A stretch of 64,000 nucleotides of DNA from positions 576,001 through 640,000 of the forward strand of contig OY771555.1 in NCBI GenBank assembly GCA_963674785.1, written 5' to 3'. The notes below the pieces were generated by a model that did no database searches, was not told the origin of the DNA, and saw nothing but the letters and a program-made list of their open reading frames with translations. Source of the stretch: Caldisericia bacterium (lineage in GTDB: Bacteria > Caldisericota > Caldisericia > JAAYUI01). The position numbers were made by a program, and so were the translations under genes. Below are positions 17,818-28,527 of the stretch, one piece after another; position 1 is the stretch's first letter, and the number at the start of each line of letters is the position of its first letter.

Positions 17818-20800
17818 TTATTGTTCTCTTGTGAGTGTTACCTCGTATGTTGCTTTGTTACCAGCCTGGTCAACAAACTCGAACATTACCTTAAGGGTAT
17901 CAAGGTTTGCATTCATGTTGACTTTTACTTCCCATTTGTCGTATGGGCATTTTGCTGGAGCACCGTTTGCGGTGACTGTTGAGAACTGCTCAACTCTACC
18001 GGTGATGATAACCTCTGTTTCGTCTGCAGGTACCATAAGTACACCGTCTTTTTCATCGTCAATGATGAAGGTTGGTTTTGTGGTGTCGAGTGTTGTGGCC
18101 ATTGTGTGGCTAACTCTATTTCCACCAGCGTCAACAGCAACAACATAGATTGCGTTTTCGCCTTCTGCAAGAGCGATTTTTGCACTGAATCTTCCGCTGC
18201 TTTCAACCTTGGCTGAAACACCGTTGACTGTGACTTTTGCACCTGGGTCTGTTTTACCAGTTACCTCAAGTGATGGCTCGTTTGTAAATTCTGGAGCTGG
18301 GTCAACTTCGAGGATTGGTGGGACTGTGTCTGTTCCGATTCCGATCCAGGTTTTTCCTGGGATGTATTCTTCATGTTCAACATTGATGAAGATTCTGCCG
18401 GATTCATTTGGCATGACAACAATCTTTGCCTCACCCTTGGCATTTGTTGTTTTTGGTGTTGCTTCGATTCCTGGTCCTTCAATGTAAACGGTTGCTTCTG
18501 CAACTGGAAGACCAGCACCAAGTTCTGTTACAACAATTGTAAGTTCTGTCTCTGTCATTGGTGCAAGGTCTGAGCTTACAACAACAACATCAAGTCCTTT
18601 GGCTGAATCAACGTGATAGATGTTTTTAAGTACATAGTACTCTGGGCTGATGAATTTGATATCCATATCGTCGCAGCAATTGATGTCTGGAACGTAGTAC
18701 ATGTTTTTCTGCATGTATGAAAGGTAAACAACTGACTGTCCGTCGCCATCTGGGGTGACGTGGAATGTTGTCTGCTGGACATCATCATCATTTGCGGTTG
18801 TTACACCATATGCAACCTGTTCTTCGATGCTACCTGAGACGAAGAGTTTACCATTGTCTCTAAGCTGGACATCGTCACGTGTTGCTGGATAAATCTTGGC
18901 AATAACGTGGTTTGGACTTCTGTAAACCATGTCATAGTTGTCAACATTGAGGAGGTCTTTTGTAAGTTCAAGACCGGTCTCGGCATCAAAGAGTTCAACT
19001 CTTGGATATGAAACTGGTGCAACTGTGAGTGGGATACCTTCCCAGTCAAGGTAGAATGTTGTGTCGTTTGTAACGCCACCACGGAATCTCTTCCATGTGT
19101 AACGTGGGTTTGTTTTGTCTGTGTATGGTGGGTAACCAACAAGGTCGCCTTCTGCTGGAACATTACAGTACTGGTTCTGTCCAACAAGTCCACCAACATA
19201 GTAGCAGTCTTCAGCAAACACATAGAAGCTTGTCTGTGCGTTTACGTCGAGTGCAAGTGAATCGTGATAGTCAAGTTTTCCGTCCTGATCAATATCTGTG
19301 AAGAGGAATCCACCCCAATATGGGTTGTTGTAGATTGCACCGAGTCCCCATCCCATGTTTCCTGGAGGTGGGAGCATAAGGTTGACCCACTCGACTGACA
19401 TTCCGGTTGTACCTTCGTTGATGATCTTCCATGTGTGGTCGTATGTGTAGAATTCGTTGATTGTGTTATAGAAGACTTCTCCGACTGCCTGTCTGTTCCA
19501 GCATGTGTTTGTGATTGGGCTCAAGTGGAATGAACCGGCTGAGTAGATCTCTTTGTTCTGCCATTCTGGCTGTTCGTTTGCATTGAAATCGAATGCAAAG
19601 TGTGGGTAGATAACCTGTGCACATGGAACGTCGTCGCAGGATTCCTGCATGAAGTCGAATGATGATGGTCTTGTTGTAAATGGTGTAAATCTTGCGGTAT
19701 TTTTGACACCGCCACCGCAAACGCTGACGCCTTTGCTAACACCTTTGACCAATACACCCTGTGCGTTGTAGACGGTTGCTGTAACTTTATAGATTCTGTT
19801 ATCAGCAGCTGTCATCAAGAAGTCTGGCTGTCCTGGAACTGTGAATACCTGAGAGTTTGGATCATCGTAGTTTACGATTTCATACTCAACTCTTGGGTTT
19901 TCAATCTTGACATCAACATATCCTCTGTGTCTTCTGTCTGGGGTGTAGACAAAGACTCTCATCTTGTGATCATCTTCCCAAGCATCTCTGTCTGGGTGAT
20001 CTTCATCTTTGAGCCAAACGTTGCTGTCGTTGGCACAGAATCCCTTGAAGTAGTATCTTCCGGCTTCGCCATCAGCACTAAATTCGATTGGTTCAAATGC
20101 GTGAGTGATTGTTTCTGTGCAATCATTGTCTTCGCTACGTGCTCTTGCACTGTAGAGTTCACGGTTATTTTCTTTGGTTGAGTCGTAGTTGTGAAGGTCG
20201 GTTCTGAGGAAGTAGTACTGTGGAAGTTTTGCTTCCTGACCATAGTAGTATGTATTGTCTGGATGTGGATCTTTGAAGAGGAAGTTCCACACATCATCTT
20301 CATCAACTGCAACCTCACCATACTGGTCTACAATACCTTCGAGGAGGTTTACTGGGTTTCCATCTTCATCTTTAACGATGAAGGTAAGAGGTGTGTTTAC
20401 GTCAACAAGTTCTGGTGTGATACCTGATGTAAGTGGGTTTGGAACGTATGTAACGATGAGGTCATCAAATGGCTCAATTGGAACTGCAATCTGACCTGCA
20501 AGATAAACCTCGTGTGAGTATCTTGTTCTGTCATATTCGTTCTGATCATCTGTTGTTGAGTAGTATGGATCGAAATCCCACCATGGGCTAAATGATCTGT
20601 CGTTATTGTCGTCACCATATTTGTATGCGGTTACATACACTGGGAATGTTTCATTGTCTGAGATGATATGATCTGGTTCGTCACATTCGCCGACCTCACC
20701 ACCAAAGTCGATTCCGACTTCGTCGACAACAGCGCCTGCTGCCTCAGTGAGTTCGAAGTCATATCTTCCACCGTTTCTCTGGAATGTTCTTGCATCAATA

Positions 20801-23800
20801 ATTCCTGAGATCCATGTGTTTGCGGCCATATCGTATGTTCCGAGGATTTCTGTTTCGAAATCGTTGAAGCTGATATAACCATCATCATTATAATCCTGAT
20901 CTGGTCTAAACTGTGTTGAGTAATTCTCTGCTCTTGATGATGTTGGTGAAGCTGTAATCCAACCATCACCGGCACCAACTCTAAGTCTTCCGTCTGGATC
21001 AGCAATATCTTTGATACCTCTGTCCTGCCAGCAGAACATTACAGCATCGTTACAGTATGATTCGACCTGGATTTCTTCATGCTCTTTAAGAGTGAATGCA
21101 AGGTGGTTGTCCTGATCAAGTGTGAGATATTCAACATAGTCGTATGTGTTATCTTCAACTGATGAGTCTGGTCCGTTGATCTGCTGAATTTCAAGTGCTC
21201 TTACATCGATACCGTCAACTGGTGGTGATGTACAGCAGTCCTGATACATCTTGAATGTTCCGTCCATGAGTGTGACGTAGATGAGGATCTTGCCATAGTT
21301 CCATGGGATAAGTTCATCAACAACAAAGACGTTATCAAGAGAACAGTAGTTGAGACGTTTTGTTCTCTTCATGTAAATGTTCTCATTTGAACCGAAATCA
21401 ACATTTCCAAGTGCTGACCAATTAAGGAAGTCTCCACCTGGATTGTGCTCAAACTGTGACCAGTTTGTTTCGTCAATTACAATCTTACCTGAGAAGTCAT
21501 ACTGAATTGGAACATTTCTAAGTCCGTTGTAGCAATATTTGTTTTCAACAGTATTTGTGAGAACGTCAACAATCTTTGGTCTTGCAAATGGACCTTCGAT
21601 GACGATCTGTTTAAGCTGTTTTTCAATATCATCTGATGTGAAGGAAAGGTGGTTGCCTTCACCATCTTTAAGGATGAAGTAAAGTCCATAGTCTGTAAGT
21701 GGGAAGAACTCTGTACCAAGCTTAAAGAATTTCTCTGCTTTTGTATCTCTCTGGGTTGTTTCACTCCAGATTGCTGGATATGCGTTCCATCCAAATGCTC
21801 CACCATTCTGGTTGAAGTTTGCACCATCAACTCTACCTGTGTGTGTCTGTCCACCAGGATAACATCTGAATCCACCGTGCGATGTTCTAAGAATTGGCCA
21901 GTATGGAACCTGAATCTGTGGTGCTGGTGGCTGAAGTGGTGAAAGTGGTGGGTTAGATGATGGGCCAGCTGTGTAGTTAACATTACTGTACTGGAGTGCC
22001 TTATCAACGATAAGCCATTCAGCAAAGTTTACATATGGGTCAGCCTGATAAACCTTAAGATCGATAAATCCGGCATAGTCAATTCCGTTAACAGTTTTTC
22101 CGAAGGAGAAGATGTTTGGATTTGTTGCCTCAACTCCGAGTGAGTTATCGAATCTAAAGTATGCTCCACCTGTAAATGGGTGAGCTGCTGTTGAGTTATA
22201 ATCAAAGATTGCGTTTGTAAGATAAACGTGAATCTTGACATGTGTTGAACCATCATTTGGAAGCAATGTGATAAGACATTCGCCGCCTTCGTCTGATTCA
22301 GTGATTTCACCATATGGTGTAACGTAGGTTGGAACACCATAGCTCAAAATCCAACCAAATCCACCATCAAAGAGACCGTAGTGGTCTGACTGAGTTGAAC
22401 CATTGTAATAACCTGTAACGTCACCGATTGGCTTCATACCTTCTGGCATATAGATGTCGCAATTTGCATAGTATCTCTGTGCTGAACAATCTGAATCTGT
22501 CCATGTGGAACGATCATCGACCTTGATTGCTTCACGGTTCAAACCGATTGGGCAGTCGTCTGAGAAGTCAGCCCACTGCTCACCAACAATCCAGTCATTA
22601 GGATCAATAGCGTTGTAAACCTGTGGTCCGAGTGCTGGGTCGGTGTTGTCTGGTTCATACCAATACCAGTAGTTATATGTACCATCTTCGTTTGCCTGGA
22701 AGATAATTTTTTCATGCCAAACGCTTGGATTTGCAAGCTGTGCTACACCAAGCCAGTCAATTCCGCCACCATGTGCGTTGTAAACAGCAACGAGTGGCTG
22801 TTCACCAGTCTGGAATGTCCAGTCTGTATTTTCTGGAACTGAGAATGGGATGTTGTAAGGATCGTTTACATCATTGGGGTTGTCCATGTTTCTAAGTTTA
22901 AGCTGGACATTTGGGAATCTCTGGTCAAGAGTTGTAATACAAGCAACACTTGCTTCGATCTCAAGTTCTTCTGGAGCAACTGCTGCGTAGGATTCACCAT
23001 AGCAATCATAATGATCTGAAAGGATTGCAGGGAATGGTGGTGAAGGCATAAGATCTCTGTACCATTTGCTCTCATCTGGAAGCGACATACCTGGAACTCT
23101 ATAACCGTATTCTCTCTGAGATTTATTCCAGTGTTTCCATAATGGATCTCTGTCATTGATAACTCTGTACCAATCACCTGACCACCACATGTCTCTGTAG
23201 TAATGTCTTGTTTCTTGTCTGTAGAGATATGGGTTATCAGCGGTTGGATCATAGTATCCTGGATGCTGGTCTGGTGGGACAACTCTTACATTTGTTCTTC
23301 CAGTTCTTCCAGCAAATGTATTAATTTCAGGATTCATCTTGAAGGCCTGTACTCTGTACTGTGCCTCTGTGTCTACACCAAGTACTCCTGGTGTTGGGTT
23401 ACATGAACCTCTGTACGGGGTAAGTGTAAATGTTGCCTCTGGTGCATTTGGAGTAAGAACCCTGTATGCTGAGTAGAGGTTAAGTGATGCGTCTGCGGTT
23501 GAACCATAGTCTACACCAACATTTTCTCTGACCATGACATAAATCTTCTCGTCTGGAATCCAGACTCTGTGATCACCGAGATCTCTCCAGTGTCCTGCTT
23601 TTGGTGGAGGATCAACAGAGATTGTGATGTCTGAGGTCTGCTCAACCTTAAGTGGCTTATTAAGCTCAACATTAAGATTGATGTTTCCTGGAATAACTTC
23701 CCAATCAAGGAATCTGTGGTCACAGTTAAGTCCAGCTGTGATTCCATATGGTGTTGATGGGAATGCCCAGAAGTCAAATGATGGAACAATTGAACCACAC

Positions 23801-26676
23801 TCATAATATGTGTCGCCAACGTATCCACCTGTAAGTCTTGTAAATCCAGCCTGGACATAAACTTCATCCAGTGTTGTTGGATTAGCAACAACAAAGTCTG
23901 CGGTTCCACCACTGAATGTGTCATAAATAATCTCGCCAATATCATATGTTCCATTTGGAGGAACAACCACGTTCGGATTATTTGGATCAACAACAAAATC
24001 ATCAAAGAACATTGGAAGATGCCACTGTCCCTGAGCAAACTGCTGATAGGTGAATATGTGAAGGTCATTGTTTGCACCAGCAAAGGCATTAACATCGACA
24101 TCACCATCGTTGACGATTGAAGCAGCTGCGTATTCAATAATGGCGCCGTTTCTGACAATTTTCATGTCATTAAGTCTGACATCACCGCGGCTGATTTCAT
24201 AATCATCATCCATGTCAACATAGATTGCTTCACCGCAACCATAATAGATACCGTCGCCTGGAGCACCACCCATTGCGGATGGAAGAGAAGAATCTCTAAA
24301 TCTAATTGGTGGGTCAACAGAGAAGAATGGTGTAAGTTTTCTTCCGACGTCCTTACCGACCATTGAAGCCATGTTGTAACCAGTGGCATAATCATTTGTA
24401 AGGACAACTGAATCTGTGAGGTTTGAGATCATGAACATTGGATCTGTTGCGCCAAGGAACATCTCACCAGTTTTTCCTGGTCTGTAATCGTCAGAAAGGT
24501 TGTTATAAAGAAGTCTTTCAGTATCAGGAAGAAGTTCGTCTTCATTTGTGTAGTGCTGAACACCAAGGTTGTTGTCAATTCCGTTGTCTACAAATATCTC
24601 AACACCCATGTACTGTCTTGATCCAATATAACAATCATGGAATGTTGTTGCAGGAACAGCGAAAGATGTTGGGGTTGGCCCAAGAACTGTTGACTTATTG
24701 ATTGTCTGAGTTCTCTGAACAACCTCACCAACCTGTGAACGAAGAGTTGCACTGCACTGTGCAGGAATCATTCCTTCCCAGAGGTCTGTTTCGACTGAAA
24801 GGTTATAGAAGTCATCATCGTTGCAAACAGCTGTCAATACTTCAGCAAGAACAAGTACATCACCAATCCACATTCCACCAAGAGCATTCTCATTTGTTCC
24901 TGTGTATTCTCTTACTGACCATGGGTGTGAGTTACTGTTTACGTTTGAAAGTCTGAGGTCACCGTATTCAACTGTGTCGCCATCGTTTGAAACTCTACCT
25001 GTTGTTGTGATTGCATAACCTTTTCTGTAGATGTGTTCATATGGGTCATAGATTGTTGAATTTGACTGTCCGACTGTTGCATTTGAAATATTGTCAGCGT
25101 GAAGCTCGTCATCCTCAGTTGGGTTTACACCTGGGTCTGGAACACCAAAGTTGAGGGCTGAGAGGTTAAATCTAATAAGTGGTCTTGGGTCAGGAAGTGG
25201 ATCTGGGTTTCCATCAGCATCAAGAAGATCCATGTTACCGATGTCATAGTCATCGCCTGGATCCCAGAAACCAATGCTGGTACCAGCAACACCACCAAGT
25301 CCTCTATCAATTGGAACTGTTCCTGGTGCATAGTTATATGTGAATCCACCCTGAAGTGATACTCCACCTGATCCTGCAGATGCAACTTTAATATGTACTG
25401 AAACAGGTGTAAGTCTAAGGTCACCATATGGCTCAAAGTCATAAACCACAAATGGGTCGTAACCGATAACCACATTGTCACCGCCAGCAATCTGAGAGTG
25501 TACCCAACCTGCTCTGTAGATCCATTCACCTGGATCATACTTGCCATTGTAGGAAAGGTTTTCTGCGTGCCACTCTTCTCCCCACTGGAGATCATTATCG
25601 TTTGCGTCCACCCAGAATGTTGCATCTGGTCCCTCTGGGTTTCCTGTACCAATACCATCTCTGAATCTGGCAAGTGGCATGTTGAAATCCCAGTCATCCC
25701 ATCTGTGCTGCCAGAAGTCATCTGCTGGAATTCCAAAACTTGAAGCCTGAGTTACCCAGGTCTCAGCTCTGTAACTACCACCAACGACTGTTGGCCAAAG
25801 AGCTCCATCAACTGATGGGTTATATGGATTGTCCTCATTTGAACCTGTAAGGTTAAGTGGGAAGTCTACTCTATCAACCCAACCAATGCGGAAAACTTTT
25901 TTGCCTTCTGAGGTGCTTGCTGGCATGAAGTACATTGGAGTTGAACCGAAACCAGTTCTATCAAATGTGCTACCATTTGTGTCGCCAACATTTGCCTGGA
26001 AGAAATCAATGTAACCTGGGTTTGGATCTCCAGCCTCAGTTGTTGGAAGGAATGGATATGGTCCCTGTGTGTTGTTTGAGCGGATTGGGTCGACGAGTGC
26101 TGATGGGTTTCTTGTGCAATGGTCGAATCTTGAATTGTCGTCCTGAGCATAGAGCATATCCTCTGGATCGGCATAAGCATAGTATCTGCTGTCATGGAAA
26201 TATCCGTCTGGGTCAAACCAGAGGTTTCCGCCAGAGTCGACAACAACAAACCAGTGATCATCTTCAGTTGATCTTCCACCCTCTGGCTTAACTGTGAGAT
26301 AAACCTCACACCAGAAACGTGGCTCAACCGATTCTGCAGCGGATGTTGCTGGGACATTATATAGACTTGTTCTTACACCCAATGGCTGCACAACCGCACC
26401 AGTTACAGGATCATCAGTGCAAGCTGGCATGAGATAACCTTCTCTACCAAATCCGGTGTAGGTTCCGCCAATCTCAAATGTTCGCTCACGATCTGGGTAA
26501 AGCTCCGTTCCAGACCATGAATAGCCAACAGGTGCGAACCTTGTGGCGATGTAAACGGCATTACGACCATCTACTGTAAAGTCATTTTCTGGCTCTTCAG
26601 CAAGTGCCACGCCGAAGCCAGCAAACATGGTCGCAACCATCATAATTGCAATTGCAAAGGTAAGTACTCTCTTCAT
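17818..26676 (-). CDS. Giant secreted surface/S-layer-like protein (~2950 aa)
   Basis: Signal peptide MKRVLTFAIAIMMVATMFAGFGVALA after RBS AGGAG. Acidic and aromatic-rich, with DxDxDG-type motifs and C-terminal Ig-like domains (VTGKTDPGAKVTVNG). Confidence 0.75.
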   Translation of the reverse strand: MKRVLTFAIAIMMVATMFAGFGVALAEEPENDFTVDGRNAVYIATRFAPVGYSWSGTELYPDRERTFEIGGTYTGFGREGYLMPACTDDPVTGAVVQPLGVRTSLYNVPATSAAESVEPRFWCEVYLTVKPEGGRSTEDDHWFVVVDSGGNLWFDPDGYFHDSRYYAYADPEDMLYAQDDNSRFDHCTRNPSALVDPIRSNNTQGPYPFLPTTEAGDPNPGYIDFFQANVGDTNGSTFDRTGFGSTPMYFMPASTSEGKKVFRIGWVDRVDFPLNLTGSNEDNPYNPSVDGALWPTVVGGSYRAETWVTQASSFGIPADDFWQHRWDDWDFNMPLARFRDGIGTGNPEGPDATFWVDANDNDLQWGEEWHAENLSYNGKYDPGEWIYRAGWVHSQIAGGDNVVIGYDPFVVYDFEPYGDLRLTPVSVHIKVASAGSGGVSLQGGFTYNYAPGTVPIDRGLGGVAGTSIGFWDPGDDYDIGNMDLLDADGNPDPLPDPRPLIRFNLSALNFGVPDPGVNPTEDDELHADNISNATVGQSNSTIYDPYEHIYRKGYAITTTGRVSNDGDTVEYGDLRLSNVNSNSHPWSVREYTGTNENALGGMWIGDVLVLAEVLTAVCNDDDFYNLSVETDLWEGMIPAQCSATLRSQVGEVVQRTQTINKSTVLGPTPTSFAVPATTFHDCYIGSRQYMGVEIFVDNGIDNNLGVQHYTNEDELLPDTERLLYNNLSDDYRPGKTGEMFLGATDPMFMISNLTDSVVLTNDYATGYNMASMVGKDVGRKLTPFFSVDPPIRFRDSSLPSAMGGAPGDGIYYGCGEAIYVDMDDDYEISRGDVRLNDMKIVRNGAIIEYAAASIVNDGDVDVNAFAGANNDLHIFTYQQFAQGQWHLPMFFDDFVVDPNNPNVVVPPNGTYDIGEIIYDTFSGGTADFVVANPTTLDEVYVQAGFTRLTGGYVGDTYYECGSIVPSFDFWAFPSTPYGITAGLNCDHRFLDWEVIPGNINLNVELNKPLKVEQTSDITISVDPPPKAGHWRDLGDHRVWIPDEKIYVMVRENVGVDYGSTADASLNLYSAYRVLTPNAPEATFTLTPYRGSCNPTPGVLGVDTEAQYRVQAFKMNPEINTFAGRTGRTNVRVVPPDQHPGYYDPTADNPYLYRQETRHYYRDMWWSGDWYRVINDRDPLWKHWNKSQREYGYRVPGMSLPDESKWYRDLMPSPPFPAILSDHYDCYGESYAAVAPEELEIEASVACITTLDQRFPNVQLKLRNMDNPNDVNDPYNIPFSVPENTDWTFQTGEQPLVAVYNAHGGGIDWLGVAQLANPSVWHEKIIFQANEDGTYNYWYWYEPDNTDPALGPQVYNAIDPNDWIVGEQWADFSDDCPIGLNREAIKVDDRSTWTDSDCSAQRYYANCDIYMPEGMKPIGDVTGYYNGSTQSDHYGLFDGGFGWILSYGVPTYVTPYGEITESDEGGECLITLLPNDGSTHVKIHVYLTNAIFDYNSTAAHPFTGGAYFRFDNSLGVEATNPNIFSFGKTVNGIDYAGFIDLKVYQADPYVNFAEWLIVDKALQYSNVNYTAGPSSNPPLSPLQPPAPQIQVPYWPILRTSHGGFRCYPGGQTHTGRVDGANFNQNGGAFGWNAYPAIWSETTQRDTKAEKFFKLGTEFFPLTDYGLYFILKDGEGNHLSFTSDDIEKQLKQIVIEGPFARPKIVDVLTNTVENKYCYNGLRNVPIQYDFSGKIVIDETNWSQFEHNPGGDFLNWSALGNVDFGSNENIYMKRTKRLNYCSLDNVFVVDELIPWNYGKILIYVTLMDGTFKMYQDCCTSPPVDGIDVRALEIQQINGPDSSVEDNTYDYVEYLTLDQDNHLAFTLKEHEEIQVESYCNDAVMFCWQDRGIKDIADPDGRLRVGAGDGWITASPTSSRAENYSTQFRPDQDYNDDGYISFNDFETEILGTYDMAANTWISGIIDARTFQRNGGRYDFELTEAAGAVVDEVGIDFGGEVGECDEPDHIISDNETFPVYVTAYKYGDDNNDRSFSPWWDFDPYYSTTDDQNEYDRTRYSHEVYLAGQIAVPIEPFDDLIVTYVPNPLTSGITPELVDVNTPLTFIVKDEDGNPVNLLEGIVDQYGEVAVDEDDVWNFLFKDPHPDNTYYYGQEAKLPQYYFLRTDLHNYDSTKENNRELYSARARSEDNDCTETITHAFEPIEFSADGEAGRYYFKGFCANDSNVWLKDEDHPDRDAWEDDHKMRVFVYTPDRRHRGYVDVKIENPRVEYEIVNYDDPNSQVFTVPGQPDFLMTAADNRIYKVTATVYNAQGVLVKGVSKGVSVCGGGVKNTARFTPFTTRPSSFDFMQESCDDVPCAQVIYPHFAFDFNANEQPEWQNKEIYSAGSFHLSPITNTCWNRQAVGEVFYNTINEFYTYDHTWKIINEGTTGMSVEWVNLMLPPPGNMGWGLGAIYNNPYWGGFLFTDIDQDGKLDYHDSLALDVNAQTSFYVFAEDCYYVGGLVGQNQYCNVPAEGDLVGYPPYTDKTNPRYTWKRFRGGVTNDTTFYLDWEGIPLTVAPVSYPRVELFDAETGLELTKDLLNVDNYDMVYRSPNHVIAKIYPATRDDVQLRDNGKLFVSGSIEEQVAYGVTTANDDDVQQTTFHVTPDGDGQSVVYLSYMQKNMYYVPDINCCDDMDIKFISPEYYVLKNIYHVDSAKGLDVVVVSSDLAPMTETELTIVVTELGAGLPVAEATVYIEGPGIEATPKTTNAKGEAKIVVMPNESGRIFINVEHEEYIPGKTWIGIGTDTVPPILEVDPAPEFTNEPSLEVTGKTDPGAKVTVNGVSAKVESSGRFSAKIALAEGENAIYVVAVDAGGNRVSHTMATTLDTTKPTFIIDDEKDGVLMVPADETEVIITGRVEQFSTVTANGAPAKCPYDKWEVKVNMNANLDTLKVMFEFVDQAGNKATYEVTLTREQ

Positions 26677-26938
26677 GTACCCTTTCTCCTTTCGAGGTGC
26701 ATTTGGTCTCGAAGAACACATATCAAAACGAATGGTTCTACGACCCACCAAACGCTAGTATCTAGCAATGTCACCAGACCAAACCTCTTCATCGCTTGTT
26801 CCTGCTAAACGAATCTCTCAAATTATAAATAGCCCAAAATTACGGCTCAGACTTGATTCGACTCAAGTCATCCGAAACAGGGCAGAATAAAACTGTGCGC
26901 GTAAAAGAACCACGCTACACGCAACCACACTCCCTTTA

Positions 26939-26954
26939 TGCAATTACTGTGCCA
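26939..26954 (-). promoter_or_regulatory. Sigma54 (-24/-12) promoter of the giant surface protein gene
   Basis: TGGCACAGTAATTGCA matches TGGCAC-N5-TTGCW. Confidence 0.75.
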
Positions 26955-27010
26955 TGGAATGAATGTTGCTTCCGCTCAAGGTTTTGTAGACATGTTTCTT
27001 TCATCCACTA

Positions 27011-27038
27011 ACTATAGCAAATAGATAAATGATGTCAA
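27011..27038 (-). promoter_or_regulatory. Sigma70-type promoter (extended -10) upstream of the giant gene
   Basis: TTGACA-16 bp-TATAGT with a TGn extension. Confidence 0.6.
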
Positions 27039-27114
27039 TATTGGGTCAACTGCACACGTGATGGAATAATATTTCACATACTACAAAAAATATATACAGA
27101 TATGTTACCTCATA

Positions 27115-27142
27115 TTGACATTTTCACGACTCAACCTAGAAT
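27115..27142 (+). promoter_or_regulatory. Sigma70-type promoter of serS
   Basis: TTGACA-16 bp-TAGAAT. Confidence 0.6.
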
Positions 27143-27162
27143 GCACTCACAGCGAGGTAAAC

Positions 27163-28437
27163 ATGATAGATATAAAAAAATGGCGTGAGGATATAACAGG
27201 TCTAAGAAGTGCGATGGAATCAAGAGGACTCGACTCTTCTCCCGCAGATAGAATTGTAGAGCTAGACAAAAGAAGAAGAGATATACTTGTTCAAGTTGAG
27301 GATCTCAGATCAAAGAGAAACACTGTTTCAAAAAAGATCGGTGAGTTGATGAAAAAGGGTGAACCGGTTGATGAGATCAAAGCTGAAACAAAAAAGATTG
27401 GTGAAGATATAAAAGAGTTTGATGCAGAATTATCTGGAATCGAAGATGAACTCAATATCATCGCACTTTCAATACCCAATGTTCCGATGGAAGATGTTCC
27501 GCATGGATTATCTGAGGATGACAATGTAATCATAAAAACAGTTGGGGAGCCAAAAAAATTCACCTTCACACCAAAACCACACTGGGAGATCGGAACCGAT
27601 CTAGATATATTAGACAATGAACGTGCCGTGAAACTATCTGGTGCAAGGTTCAACATGTTCAAAGGTGATCTTGCAAAACTTCAGCGTTCTCTCATCTCAT
27701 ACATGATTGACACACATATAAAAAATGGATTTCAAGAAGTTTTTGCTCCAGTAATAGTTAATGCAGAAACAGCACTCGGAACAGGTCAACTTCCAAAATT
27801 TGCAGGCGATATGTACAAAATTGAGGGCGAAGATCAGTTTTTAATTTCAACAAATGAGATAACGCTCGTAAACTACCATTCAAATGAGACGATTCTCGCA
27901 GAAAGTCTTCCCGCAAGATACACAGGATACGCTCTCTGTTTCAGAAAGGAAGCGGGAGCCGCAGGAAGAGATACACGAGGACTCATAAGGGTTCATCAGT
28001 TTGAGAAGGTTGAAATGGTAAGCTTCTGCAAACCTGAGGATTCGGATTCAGAATTGAATGCACTAACTGAATATGCAGGGTTTCTACTTGAATCTCTTGG
28101 TTTGCCCTATCGAGTGTCACTTATGTGCACAGGTGATATGTCAGGATTTTCAGCAGCAAAATCATTTGACCTCGAAATGTGGTTACCAAGCTATGAAAAA
28201 TATGTTGAGGTCTCATCATGCAGCAACTGTACAGATTTCCAGGCGAGACGTGCAAGTATCAAATACAAAGAGACACAGGGAAAAAAATCAGAGTTTGTCC
28301 ATACACTTAATGGATCAGGTTTGGCAATTGGTAGAACAATGGCAGGCATTCTTGAAAATCACCAACTTGAGGATGGAACGGTCGCTGTACCAGAGGTTTT
28401 GGTTCCATATATGGGCAAAGAGGTTATCGGACAGTAG
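27163..28437 (+). CDS. serS: Serine--tRNA ligase
   Basis: N-terminal coiled coil, FRKEAGAAGRDTRGLIRVHQFEKVE, EVSSCSNCTDFQARR and HTLNGSGLAIGR. Confidence 0.97.
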   Translation: MIDIKKWREDITGLRSAMESRGLDSSPADRIVELDKRRRDILVQVEDLRSKRNTVSKKIGELMKKGEPVDEIKAETKKIGEDIKEFDAELSGIEDELNIIALSIPNVPMEDVPHGLSEDDNVIIKTVGEPKKFTFTPKPHWEIGTDLDILDNERAVKLSGARFNMFKGDLAKLQRSLISYMIDTHIKNGFQEVFAPVIVNAETALGTGQLPKFAGDMYKIEGEDQFLISTNEITLVNYHSNETILAESLPARYTGYALCFRKEAGAAGRDTRGLIRVHQFEKVEMVSFCKPEDSDSELNALTEYAGFLLESLGLPYRVSLMCTGDMSGFSAAKSFDLEMWLPSYEKYVEVSSCSNCTDFQARRASIKYKETQGKKSEFVHTLNGSGLAIGRTMAGILENHQLEDGTVAVPEVLVPYMGKEVIGQ

Positions 28438-28459
28438 AGGTTTAAGTTTCACAATCAAT

Positions 28460-28489
28460 AAAAAGGCACCGAAAATTGGTGCCTTTTTT
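28460..28489. terminator. Bidirectional intrinsic terminator
   Basis: AAAAAGGCACC-GAAAATT-GGTGCCTTTTT between convergent genes. Confidence 0.8.
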
Positions 28490-28527
28490 AATATCAGAGA
28501 TAACCAAACAACTACTTATATATAATG

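Noticed and set aside
17831-26357. Many short alternative-frame and antisense ORFs within the giant gene
   Set aside because: These are shadow ORFs from biased codon usage, with no RBS or motif support.
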